From NCBI GenBank assembly GCA_002633005.1, contig NMRA01000017.1, positions 1,152,737 through 1,216,736 of the forward strand: a DNA stretch of 64,000 nucleotides. Direction: 5' to 3'. Positions 36,301 through 47,624 of this stretch are shown here, one piece after another (the stretch's first letter is position 1; the number at the start of each line of letters is the position of its first letter). The DNA comes from Phoronis australis. Its lineage: Eukaryota > Animalia > Phoronida. Both the position numbers and the translations under genes were made by a program. The notes beneath the pieces were generated by a model that was given only the letters and a program-made list of their open reading frames with translations, ran no database searches and was not told the DNA's origin.

Positions 36301-39300
36301 GCAACTATGGCAAGCAATGTGCACTGTGGTGCAAGCTACAAATGTCATGTTTCCATCATGAGATTGGGGTATAAAATGCTGTAAGCACAATAGCAATACA
36401 TGTTGACCAAGGCAAATGAGTAAGGAAACTTTGCTACGTATTGTACTGTTAAATATTACAAAAAAAACAAAAATAAATCATTACAGAATTGATCAACTTA
36501 TTGTCGAGAAGAAATTCATCATTGAATAACTGACACACTACTGTAGCAGATACTATATAATTGCATGTCAGATGAAGAGATGGTTAAAGGAAAATACTTT
36601 TATTTAAGAGATTTTTTGGAAATGATCTCAAATAGATTTAAGATTGTTAGTGGAACATGTCAGTAACAAAATATGAATTAGTCAGAATTAAGTGTTAAGT
36701 TCGCAGGCGCTAATTGCAATACTGCTTGCTTGACAGCAGCTGTCTGGAAATCAGATATAAGAAATCAATCCAATGTAGGCTATGTATTTTCACAGTGAAA
36801 TACCAGATGCAGTCCTATGTGAAATGTTTGAGACAGTGGGCCAATCCCATTTAACAAGCAAATGGATATCATATTTCCTTCGACAAGGCAGGGATGGGGG
36901 GGGGGGGGGCAAAGGCACAGGGGCCAAAGGAGTAAGGAATCTAAATGGCTGTTCACACTTAACATGTTTTCAAAACTTGTTATAGATAGATATAGTGTAA
37001 ACAGGAAGCAGAAATAGGACCTCTTCAATTTGAAATACAATATGGCTGAAGAATGAAATTTTATACAATTCCTCAACAACATTGAGTAGACAGAATTTTT
37101 GCTAATAATTAATAGCAGCTTGAATGTAAGTACAGAGGGGGATGTCACCAACCAACAAATGTTTGCACTCAAGAGCATTTTCAGAAATTTAGTTAAAAAG
37201 TCATCCATAATTATTTTTGTTCAAATTTTACCAAGACTCTTTCAGCTAAATGACCAGAAAACTATTTTCATTACACAATCATGAAGTATGTGCTAAACAA
37301 AACATTTATGGTCCAGTTATTCCATGATCACATATAGCTGATGAACATTCAAAGTACAATTACGTCCCTGACAAAAATTGCAGATAACACAAAGCTTGAA
37401 TCAGCAGTTTACCTTGTTAGTTGCCTTGGGCTGAAACAAGTGAACACAAAATGCAAACCGACACACACTAATTCGTTAGTAACATAAACTGTGCTTTGTG
37501 CAAAGAACATGTGAATAACACATCACATCAAAGAAGAGTGGGTATCATGATGAACATTTCATGCAATCAAAGTCTACAAAATTATAAGTTAGAGAGGCCT
37601 ACAGGTAGGACACCAACACAATAAAACTACAAGGACCATTTTAGAAAAATATGGCTATTGGATCAATTGACACAGAAAGCCTCAAATGGATGGGGCAGTT
37701 TGGAGGACCTGTATGTGACACGTCTAATATTTTCATGATTTTTTGTGGGATGTCATATTTTCAATAATTTTATGATTTTGCTGGCTGAAGACTCGTATAA
37801 TTTCCACAATTGAGATCTGTATTTCTACAATATGCTAGACACCATAAAAATGACATAATTGTTTTGGTCACAGACATAAGTTTTGATCAGAATTATTCTT
37901 GCATTAGAATGTGAATGCAATGCGTATCAGTCAAGACATAACAATGTGTGGTTGAGACAATTTTTATGTGTGCGTTGGCTCAAAGCAATTTCAGTCAGTC
38001 AATGAAAATTTTTATGTGCCAGTCTTAAACCATCCCTGAAACTCATAACACGAAAACAGTCCACTTAATTCCTTTTACTTTCCACCATTTTTAATACACA
38101 CACCTAGACTTTAAAATTTTATCTTCTGTAAAAGTCAGTGGGCTTTTGCAGACAGTCACAAATACCATTTGCTGCTTTCATTGATCATATCATAGATGCT
38201 GCTGAACATTTACAATGAACTGTTAATTGTACCACTGTGAAGACAATTACTACTAATTTTGAACAGTGCAACTTCTTATTTTGCTTGACTTCCAAATATA
38301 TAACAATATAAATGTCTAGAACCATGTCAGCATTTCAACACGTAATGAGAAAGTCACAACCACACCAAACATTGATCAACTTAAGATGGCAGTCAAGGAT
38401 TGCAGAATACCTTCTTTCTACCAGTTTTGGAAGTCTCCTTTACATGGGGGTAAATTAATATGTACACGTGCAGTGGCAGTATGGGAAGGAACAGCCAATA
38501 GTCGTGTTATTCATCACATGTTCAAGTTGGTCTTTAAGAGATCACTATTGGATGATACAGTAAGATGGAATCAATTGGTATGAAGATTTAAGTGTCATTA
38601 CAAAGGGCTTTAGATACCATAACAAAAATATTGTGTCCAAATCACTATAGTTTGCTTCACTTGTCAGACTGTTGGATGTCATCAATAAATAGTACTCAGG
38701 AGAATTATGTAAGTTAAACAAATTAAACAAACTCTGATGCCAAATTAACTGCTGAATTTTAACAACATCGTAACATATAATTACGGTAAAATGAGTTATT
38801 TTCCACCAGACAAATAATATTACATTTTGAAGCAAAATACAACATATGCAAATAAGCTTAAGCAGTGGATGTGTGCAGAGGCAATAAGCGTGTTGAAACG
38901 AATGTGCTTGAAATGCTACCAAATATGCCAAAGTCGAAGTAAAAATCTGAGCAACTTTAAAGGGTCACCTTCTTCCCATGAGACGAATAGATATAGGCTC
39001 TCTTGAAGCACAAGTGGAAAAGGTCTTTCAATAAAAATAATCTTACAATTTCATTTCTAATTGAATTTATCATGTGGTGACATTAAACATGCCACAGTCC
39101 TCAATCCAACACCTCACAATCACAATTTTGGGGTGGAAATATACATTACATCCGTATTGAGTGCAGAACGGCACAAGACTGGTTAACATTTAAAAGGAAG
39201 CAGATTAAATGTTTATAATAATTTCAGCCTTACAACATTGCATAGTAACTTTTAAAGGTATATTGAGTACTCAGTTTCAGGTAATATGCCTTAGGACATC

Positions 39301-42300
39301 TTGTTTCACACAATGGCAAGTGTTGAATACTTTGATGTAAAGTGGCCGGTGCTCCATTAAAGAAAATAGCTTTGAGTTAGACCACTTGCCAATATAAAAT
39401 GGGCTTCAAATTGTTCCTTACTCAGATGAAAAGGGATTTTTGGTCATGCTGTGGCTGCGGAAATTTTTATGAGCTTGGTCTGAAGAAATAACAAACTGTC
39501 AGTTCTGAGCCCAGAGATCACTTGTAAAGTTAGCAAGGAATAAGAGAAGACCACTTTTATAACGTTAATTAGGCCTAAATCAACACTTCTCTTCTGACAG
39601 AAAGCATGGTGTAATGGCATTTTAATTTAATTTGTGATGGTTACAAAAGATTATAAAAAGTCGTGAAATAAAGCAAGTTTAAACACTATCTTCTTTTCTA
39701 TGGTTATATTGTGGAGAGAATAGAGCTCACAGGACAAGGTGTTGTTTTTGGTTTGAGTTAAGTGCTTCACTTGCAGTTGTCTAGTTTTTACCTGCTAATG
39801 TTTCAATCAGTCAATCTTAAACTTTCATTTACAAGCAAAAGGAACTGGTTTGTTACACAGTACAATGACGTTTACACTGGTTAGCATAGACAGAATCAGA
39901 TTATATGGTTATACTGGTATGTTAACAACATGCACAACAATATTTAACCTTCTTTTACAGGCACCGAAACGTTGTTAGTTTCACTTATAATTACTTACCC
40001 CTGACTTCATGAACAAGGTTTTCATCATCTGATTGTACACCTTACTGATTTTGGAAAGAGCCTGTGAATGACAACAGCAGTAACTGTGTTCAGTTGTGCT
40101 ATTCAGTCAACATGTTAATTCTTTTTTTAAAGGATGACCCAAAAACAAATCCATAAAATTTTAAATATTCTTACAAAGATCCATTTATTTTTGAACAGGC
40201 ACTGAATCAAAGATGATAAGTTCAGCGCCTCATAAGAATTACACAGCACATTTGTCAAAGAGCCTAGGAGTTGATCGATTACTTCACTGCTGTAGTCCAA
40301 ATACCCAAAGTTATGTATAACCTGACAAAGCTCATGAACATCCATCGCAGAAACATCATAACTAGGATCAACCAGCTTGTCCGCAAGCAAATCCAGCATC
40401 TGAGAACAACTATACTGACATCTGGTGAGTAAGCTTGACACTTCAAGCAGGTCAACCACAGTATACTCATCTGACATCACTATAAACTGAAGTCTACGGA
40501 TGATTTTTACACAAACATTCAAGTCTGTTTCCATGGATTTTCAGTTGTTCTTTCCGTAATAGTTGAAATGTAAGCTTTTATACAAAATTTGGATGGTGTG
40601 TTTTGGATCACCCTGTATAAGACATAACAGACCACATTCAATGATTTTTGACGTAAAAAGTAACTCTTAGAATGTCCACTTAGCACTAACAGCTGTAAAA
40701 CTGGTATCAAGTACTTATACCTTATTAACGCCAGAGCCATATAGAAGAAAATACCTAAGTCACTAGGAGACACTAGATGAAAACACTAGGTGGAGACACT
40801 AGACGGAGACACTAGATGCTTGTTTAATATTTTCAAAATGTCGCTTAACTTTTATCCTATCCAGTCAGCGATGTCCATAATTTGAGTGACTCGATCCTTA
40901 CCTCACAATATGGCATGTCGTGGCGTGGTATAATCATGAATTCTTTAACGCAGTTCAGTTTGCCTGGAGCTGCCTTCCCACTGAACAGTATGGGTACCAT
41001 TGGTTGGGGTATACACATCTCAGATGGAACCTTGAATCAGAAGTCATGCTCTTACAAATACGTTTTCCAGAAATGGCAAACTGCTCACACTTTGCAAGCT
41101 TGATTCTGATCAACAGTTGTAACACAACCATTCAACACCGAGACTCTAAAAATTAACACTGATTCCCTTTAAAATAAGATTTTTTGTACATGTTTACAAA
41201 CTCTGAGACATTTCAAATGAAAGTAAATGGCATTCAGGTGAATGTGTCAAACCAACTTCTTTAGTACTCACTTGTTCCAACTTTATTCTGGCAATGTATT
41301 CATATAGAGGCATACTCTGAAGGACAGCTCCTGCCTTACATACAACTTGTGATGTCACACAGGCAGCATTGCATCCTGGGACAATTTGCTCTTTGGGCTC
41401 ATCAGGAATGATGACAACAGGTGTGCCCTTCTTTCCCCTAAGAATAAATAGCATGTGATTGGTTGTGGATACATTCTTACTTCACATATACTGTTTAGGT
41501 ATTATGACTATTACTGTGGGACATACCATTCCACACAATGGCAAGTGTCGAATGTTTTGATATAAATATACAATGATCACAAAAATCTATCGGTGAAATA
41601 AATCAGTTAAGTTTGTCTCCTTGTTTCCAATGGTTAAACTGTGCCCAAAATGTTATTTTCCACTTAAAACACTGTTTCCCTTTATTCTCCTTTGAAGTTT
41701 GCCATTTTGGATACACCAATGTAACGCTCGAAACTACTTAACATAATCTACTCAGAATCATATGGCAATTCTTGTGTCATTTTACAATTCTTATTCTGAC
41801 ATTGCAATTTTTGTATTGTTTTACAATCCCCATTCAAGACTCGAATAAAGACAAGCTGGTATCATGCTGAATATAGCAGGTATAATGCATAGCAACCTTA
41901 GACTCTAATACTATAATACTATAGGCAGGTATGAAAACAGTACCATTAATGCTAAACTGAGCAGCACTAAATAAAGCTATAAGCTGAAATATGACAGTTG
42001 CATAACTGACGATATATTATAATACACAGGTGCAAGAAGCAGTGGAAAATGTCTAGCATGTTGTAATCATAAAGCATGCTACAATGGTTCAAACTAAAGA
42101 TAGCCTATTGAAACGAGGTGATCAGTGGGTCACTCAATTGTGGAATATGACCTCCAAGTGCGTGCGTCTGTCTACAGAGTGCTGAAGCAATAACAACATC
42201 GTGTGAGTTACCGAACTATTGCAGTTGATGTTGACACTGCACTTGCCATGCTCCGCCGGCGACCCCTTTAGTAGAACACTCATATCAGTTACGATGAACC

Positions 42301-45300
42301 AGTAAACAACACCATCTAGTATATGCATACTACATATAATCGTGCTAATACAAACTCAAGTTTAAGTTGTCTACAAAACACTCTTATTAGTTTCAACTTT
42401 TACATTGTTAGTGCAGACGCATAACCACAGTTCTCAGACCTCTTTCAGGTCAAGTTTGAGTGATGAGAGCAATTTCACAACCTGGGGTTAAATTCAGTAT
42501 TTCTCCCAACAAAATATGCATACTCAATTGGAATTACTAGATTCAGGCACAAAACGTAAACATTCTCTATGTACTTAAGAAATGACTAATTTCCCACAAA
42601 ATCAAACTCGTCATGTTGTTTTTCAAACTCCTCGCAGGCGAGCAAAACTTGTTACCATAACTAGATAAAAAGATCCTGGAAAACACTGAATTTCACACCA
42701 AAATGCATTAAAAAGCCAGGCTTTTAAACACAGGCACCACGTGTTTACAAATATTCATGTTGTCATCATCATCTTCAATTTAAATAACACATAACAACAG
42801 CATGAATCCAAGTACAGCAAGGAAGGAAAAAAGCTAATCAATTTTTATTTTTCATTATCCCACTGGAACTGACGGTGGTGCAGAAGATTCCAATGGTGAA
42901 TAATTGTAATGCATTTGGGTACTCTCCTTTGAGCGTCACAAAGTACCAAGGGACACTCCCTACATGACAGCAACCAATTTTAATTGTTAAAACAAATCAA
43001 TAGATCCATTATGAATGTCATAACTGAACGATTGAATGATGGCAGGGGTTGTTTTTGACAAAATGATGTTTGCACCAGATACTTTCTTAACTAGATCAAC
43101 AATTTTTTTCACAGGACTTGGGCGCATAATGCTTCGTGAATCACAGACCTGTGGTGAAACGTCTGAGAATTGTTAGTTCAAACACCTTCAGCTCCATTAT
43201 CACTATCACCTACTTTGCTGATTTCCCGCCCTTTTTCACTGATGCAGTCTCCACCTCTTGGACATCTGCTTCAGCTTCTTGTTCCTTAAGTTGAGCTTGC
43301 CTCTCCTCTTCCTCTTGACGCAACTTTTCAAATATATCACTACAGGCAACAATAAGTTGTCAGTGAAATTAAATGAACAATAATTATAATTACTGAATAT
43401 TTACATCATGGATTTCCTTTCTTCAACAACTAAAGGGACTTTCAAACTACCACAGCCTCCTTTGGGTAAGATATACCCCTTACAGTAGCTGTCCAGCCAG
43501 TTTTCAGACGATTATTCAACATCAGCAAACTGGACAGGTTCTGTAAGCAATGATTGCTTTGGGAAATTACCAAAAGCTTATCGATTCTGACATTTACACT
43601 GCTCATTATTGCAGGGTCACATGAGGGTGTTGTGAAAAAAGTTACCATTTCAGGGGTAGTAATTTGAAAACTGCGCTGTTAGAAGTGGACTCAGAATGTG
43701 CAACAGTTCTATTAAGAATTTTACCGACTATTTGTAAAAACAAGGACCAAATTTAGTTCCATGTTTTTATTAATGACGAAGATGAGACTATTATCAGAAA
43801 GTGTAAGTACGGACAAGTTACTTCCCCAACAAAAGCGTGTCACATGGATATCAAAATTTTGTGACAATGATTCAAAACATGTGTAACATGCCGCTGAATT
43901 GCATTCAAAAGAAAACACTGTGTAAGGGGTGAAACTAACCTAAAAGGGGCTGTAAGTTTGTGAATGTCCCTGGCCTATAATTGTTGAATTTGTTGATTTC
44001 TTGTTCAAATGGTTACTCTTATTAGAAAAATCAGGGCAAGTGAGTAGTATGCATGGCAAATACGTGAGAAAGAGAAATAATTCTGAGGGTTTGGATAGCA
44101 TAGGTGAATTCCTCTCATTGTGAAACACTTAAGTTTCACCCCTGACCCTGTTGCACTATTGCAGATTCGACAGCAATGATATCTCACAAGGGATTTCACA
44201 AAAAAAAAATTAATTTGAAAGGCAATATCATGATTAGAATTCAACGTAAAATTTATCAAAACATTTCAAACACCTTGGTCTCACAGATTACATCTCATAT
44301 GCTGATTTTGTCAAAATGCACCAAATTTCCAAAACATACAAAGTGTGTTACTTTACAGTGGACAATGCACCTTATTTCCGCATCAATCTCTCGCTGATGT
44401 GTTGGGTCTTTGTCGACTAAAATCGCCGAAATTTCCTTCTCAATGAAGGTCAATGCAGCAGTCACAAAGGCCTGTCTTTCTTCATCCTCAATATCTTTCT
44501 CTTCAATTTTGGCATTTTCAAGAACATTATTAACACTGGACATACTTGAAGTGGCAATTAACTAAAATGTAGAATCAAAAAGCAGTTACATGAAAGATGT
44601 GTATCACATAACAAAATATAACAGCGCCTGTATCAAATGAGTCGAAATGTAGACAATGAATGTATCAATACCAACCCAACACTATAATGTTTAAAATAAG
44701 CAAGCAATAACTAGGCTGTAATGATTCCAAAGAAAAAATAAAATATTTAATTCTACTAATATGACATTTTACTTAAAATATTGTTTTGTGGTGCCAGCAA
44801 AATATATATTTCAGCTATAATTATAGAGTCCACTGGACTTCATTTATGACTTTCCAATTTAATTACAGTCCAGCTGCTTTAAGAGTGACTGCATGTATCA
44901 ATCAGGCAAATAGCCTTAAGCTGGGAACATGACTCATTTTGAAATTAGTGGTGTATTATTATTGGTTGGGTTGACTAACTCCAAAAAATGAAAATAAGTT
45001 GTGTCAAGAGTCTCTTTATAAAAACAAAAAAATTAATCAATTCGTCAAAATTTGTCGCCACTCTTGCTCAGAAAGTTAGCCATGTTCCAGGTTTAATAAT
45101 AGTCTTTAAAATAATGTAACTGAACAAATGCAAAGACATCACTGCTTGTATTGATGTATTCTAATTCACCAAAGGCCAAAGTTAACGTAAATCACTAAGA
45201 ATTTGCTTTTGTCATTGTTGACCACTTCCACTAATTGAGAGCACAGGCACATGTAGCTCAATGTAGAAGGCCAATTTTACAAAGGCTGTTATCAATTCTT

Positions 45301-46428
45301 CCACCTAGGTGTTCACAAGCTATATGTCAAAAATCAGTGATATGTAATGTTTTCATGAAGTCTTTATTAAGGCTTAGTAACTACACATTTATCCACTGGT
45401 AAGTCAAAGAAACCGCTTTTATTTCTCAGACTCCACTGACCTTTTCAAAGTTCTTTACCATGCAGTGAATCTCGGCCTGGAGTGTGGGTTGCCCCTTGCT
45501 GTCTAACACCTCTCTTGCCAGTATCTACAGAAAATCGACCTGACAGTCTAATCCAGACAACACATTTTAGAAGAAACAGATTGAAGATTTTAATCAAATG
45601 TCAGTTTAAAATATTTCAAATATGTAAATAAAATAGACTTGTCCAGTGCAAGTTACTTCAATAAAAATGACAGAAACTACAGTAGAGTTAATGTTTAACA
45701 AAATAAGTCACAAAAAAATCACAACAATCTGAATCTATTATCAACTTAGATGAATATTCTAACTTGATACCTTTGTTACGGTTGGAGTCTTTGCAAACTG
45801 CTCAAAAAAGTTTGCCTGCAAATAGAGTAAAGATACAACAGTTAAAACTCAAGATTATATTTCTTGCAATTTTTGAAAGAAATCGATTCCCAGAAACCTC
45901 TCAATTTAACTATCATAGCTAAAAAACAAATATCACTGGTATAGTACAATCCATAAGTATGCAGATAAAATAAACCTGGAATACCCTGTCATGACAGTTA
46001 GGCAGAAGCCGAGTTGATCGTCAGAGTGAACTTCTCTCATGCCTGATAATGAAGGGTAATAACAGGAAAGTTAGAAAGGTGGCTTATATAGCCGGTAATT
46101 TGAATTTTGTCATCCTAATAGTTGTTACCAGAAATTTTTGCTGTTAACAGAATTAGCCACCATGAACAGAAAATAGTATTTTGTCTGCTTGCTTTCATCT
46201 TTGTACTATAATATCAATCAATAGTGAGTCAAAAGCCCAGATGATACATACTACATGTCCATAAGGATCACACGGATCATCGTGGAACATTGCATTGAGG
46301 ATGGCCTCCATTTTCTGGGGGACCCCATTCTCTTGATAATATGTTAGAGCCTTCTTCTTCAACTCATACATGTCACGGGCACTTTTAGTGGCATTCCTGG
46401 AGTTCATCTCAGGAATGGTAGATGCCAT
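30395..46428 (-). CDS. ENO4: Enolase-4 homologue (sperm/cilia-type divergent enolase), complete, about 590 aa
   Basis: Minus-strand exons: 46428-46252, 45815-45771, 45524-45441, 44561-44371, 43339-43214, 41437-41272, 41030-40902, 40061-39999, (37430-37413), 35946-35782, 34282-34157, 31729-31534, 31217-31150, 30619-30395. All are GT-AG and phases close. Motifs: [35 protein letters not shown] (ENO4 N-terminus), [100 protein letters not shown]. Confidence 0.93.
33505..33872. mobile_element. Foldback element / long imperfect palindrome (~175-bp arms)
   Basis: TGGTTGAAGGCATGAC.TACTTTTTGTTAGACAGCTT..ACAATCTCCTATCT..GACAAACAAGTTAAAATACTAGC..ATCATCAGG is mirrored on the right arm, with a short loop at about 33684-33700. 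Confidence 0.88.
34907..35103. mobile_element. Inverted-repeat (MITE-like) remnant
   Basis: CTTTTGTCTTTTGACTTAAGCTAAAAGTCAG is inverted relative to CTGACTTTTAGTTGAAAGTCAAGACAAAAG, with more TTGTC/GACAA motifs nearby. Confidence 0.55.
40127..40773 (-). pseudogene. Frameshifted FASTK-family-like helical-repeat gene fragment inside an ENO4 intron
   Basis: Two overlapping minus-strand ORFs (40519-40773 and 40127-40534) can be joined by one frameshift near 40580. The peptide has amphipathic repeats ([20 protein letters not shown]; [30 protein letters not shown]; [10 protein letters not shown]) resembling FASTK-domain protein repeats. It lies entirely between ENO4 exons 41030-40902 and 40061-39999. 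The family call is by eye. Confidence 0.5.
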
Positions 46429-47240
46429 AGTTCACTAAAAAGGAACAGAGTCAGAGTAAGAGTAAATAAAGCAGCACCATTCTAACAACTGTAATGGATG
46501 TCTCAGACAGTAAAAAGAAAACATAACTGCACCTTAGTTTCCAAACATAACAAGATAATTGACGCCAATGAGGTTGTAAGCTTGAAAAATCTAATGTGAA
46601 GTGGTGTATAACAACTTAGGACACATATACTGTGACAGGTCATTTTAAATGATTATTCTGGACAGAAGAAGTTTTCTGGTGTATTGTTCAGTACTTATTC
46701 TACAATTTTTCCAGCTTCATTACAAGACATTATTATTTGCCATGCCTCTAGTGAAAAGTGGAAGTTACGGTGAGCACGCGCAGGTTCTAGTTCACCACAC
46801 AAATAATTGATAATGCGATTTCTCAGCTGCATACAAAACTGAACTTAGATTAGATTATGTGATATTGTGGACCATTGGTCTTCAAGATTTTATTCATTTA
46901 CCTACAGTAAGATAGCAGTAAAGTATGAATAAGACAACAGTTTCGTTTTTAAAATCCATCACGGACAAAATCGAAATAAAAAAATTCAAATGACTACCCC
47001 TGATATTTCAGTTTCTCACTTTATACTTTGGCATTCAATTAATGTTAAAAAACAATAACAATCAAGGTTGCTTTCATTTAACTTAATTCAAGACTCGTGT
47101 CAAACTTAAGTCAAAAAGTGCAATGGGTTCAGCTGGGGATTTTGACTGTACTTGCATGACGCAGCACACGATGCAAAATCTTAAAAACATTATTTGCACT
47201 GAATATTTTGAAATACCCCTCCATACTAAACTGAATTCAC

Positions 47241-47330
47241 CGTTTCAAACACAAAACTCTCTGACTGTAGCAGACAATCCGGATACTTGGAACTCAAAAG
47301 TGCCTCTAGTCGGCCATATTGACTCGTTGC
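47241..47330 (-). other. Candidate 5'-UTR exon of ENO4
   Basis: The ENO4 ATG is preceded 6 nt upstream by a pyrimidine tract and AG (acceptor at 46435-46436), which implies an upstream non-coding exon. A donor (G|GTGAAT) lies at 47240 just downstream of the X-box/YY1 motifs. The 5' boundary is approximate. Confidence 0.35.
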
Positions 47331-47338
47331 TATGCCAC
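47326..47338 (-). promoter_or_regulatory. RFX X-box in the ENO4/ANKRD53 divergent promoter
   Basis: Minus strand reads GTGGCATAGCAAC, fitting GTNRCN-N(0-3)-RGYAAC. A YY1-like GGCCATATT lies at 47312-47320. The site is between the two divergent start codons (46428 and 47625). Confidence 0.5.
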
Positions 47339-47624
47339 TGCATTCTGGGATATTTCCACATACAATTTTACAAAAACAGCAAATAAGTGTTCATAATAGT
47401 TACAAATAGGCCTATATAATTAATAAAAACATTTTTAGATAATATTGTAGTTTATCTAATGGGAATATACTACAAAAATAACATTATCACTTAAAATATG
47501 ACATTGTTTGTAAAGTTTGTGTGGTGCATTTTGTATCTCCCAAGCACTAGGATATAGAAGATTGTTGCTGAACTCGAACAGCAGATGAGTACACGCATAA
47601 AGTAACACAATTTATCGTGGTAAA

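Noticed and set aside
42243-42265. GC-rich possible extra ENO4 microexon (GSPAEHG)
   Set aside because: The AG/GT-bounded segment is 23 nt and breaks frame; the flanking exons already join in phase.
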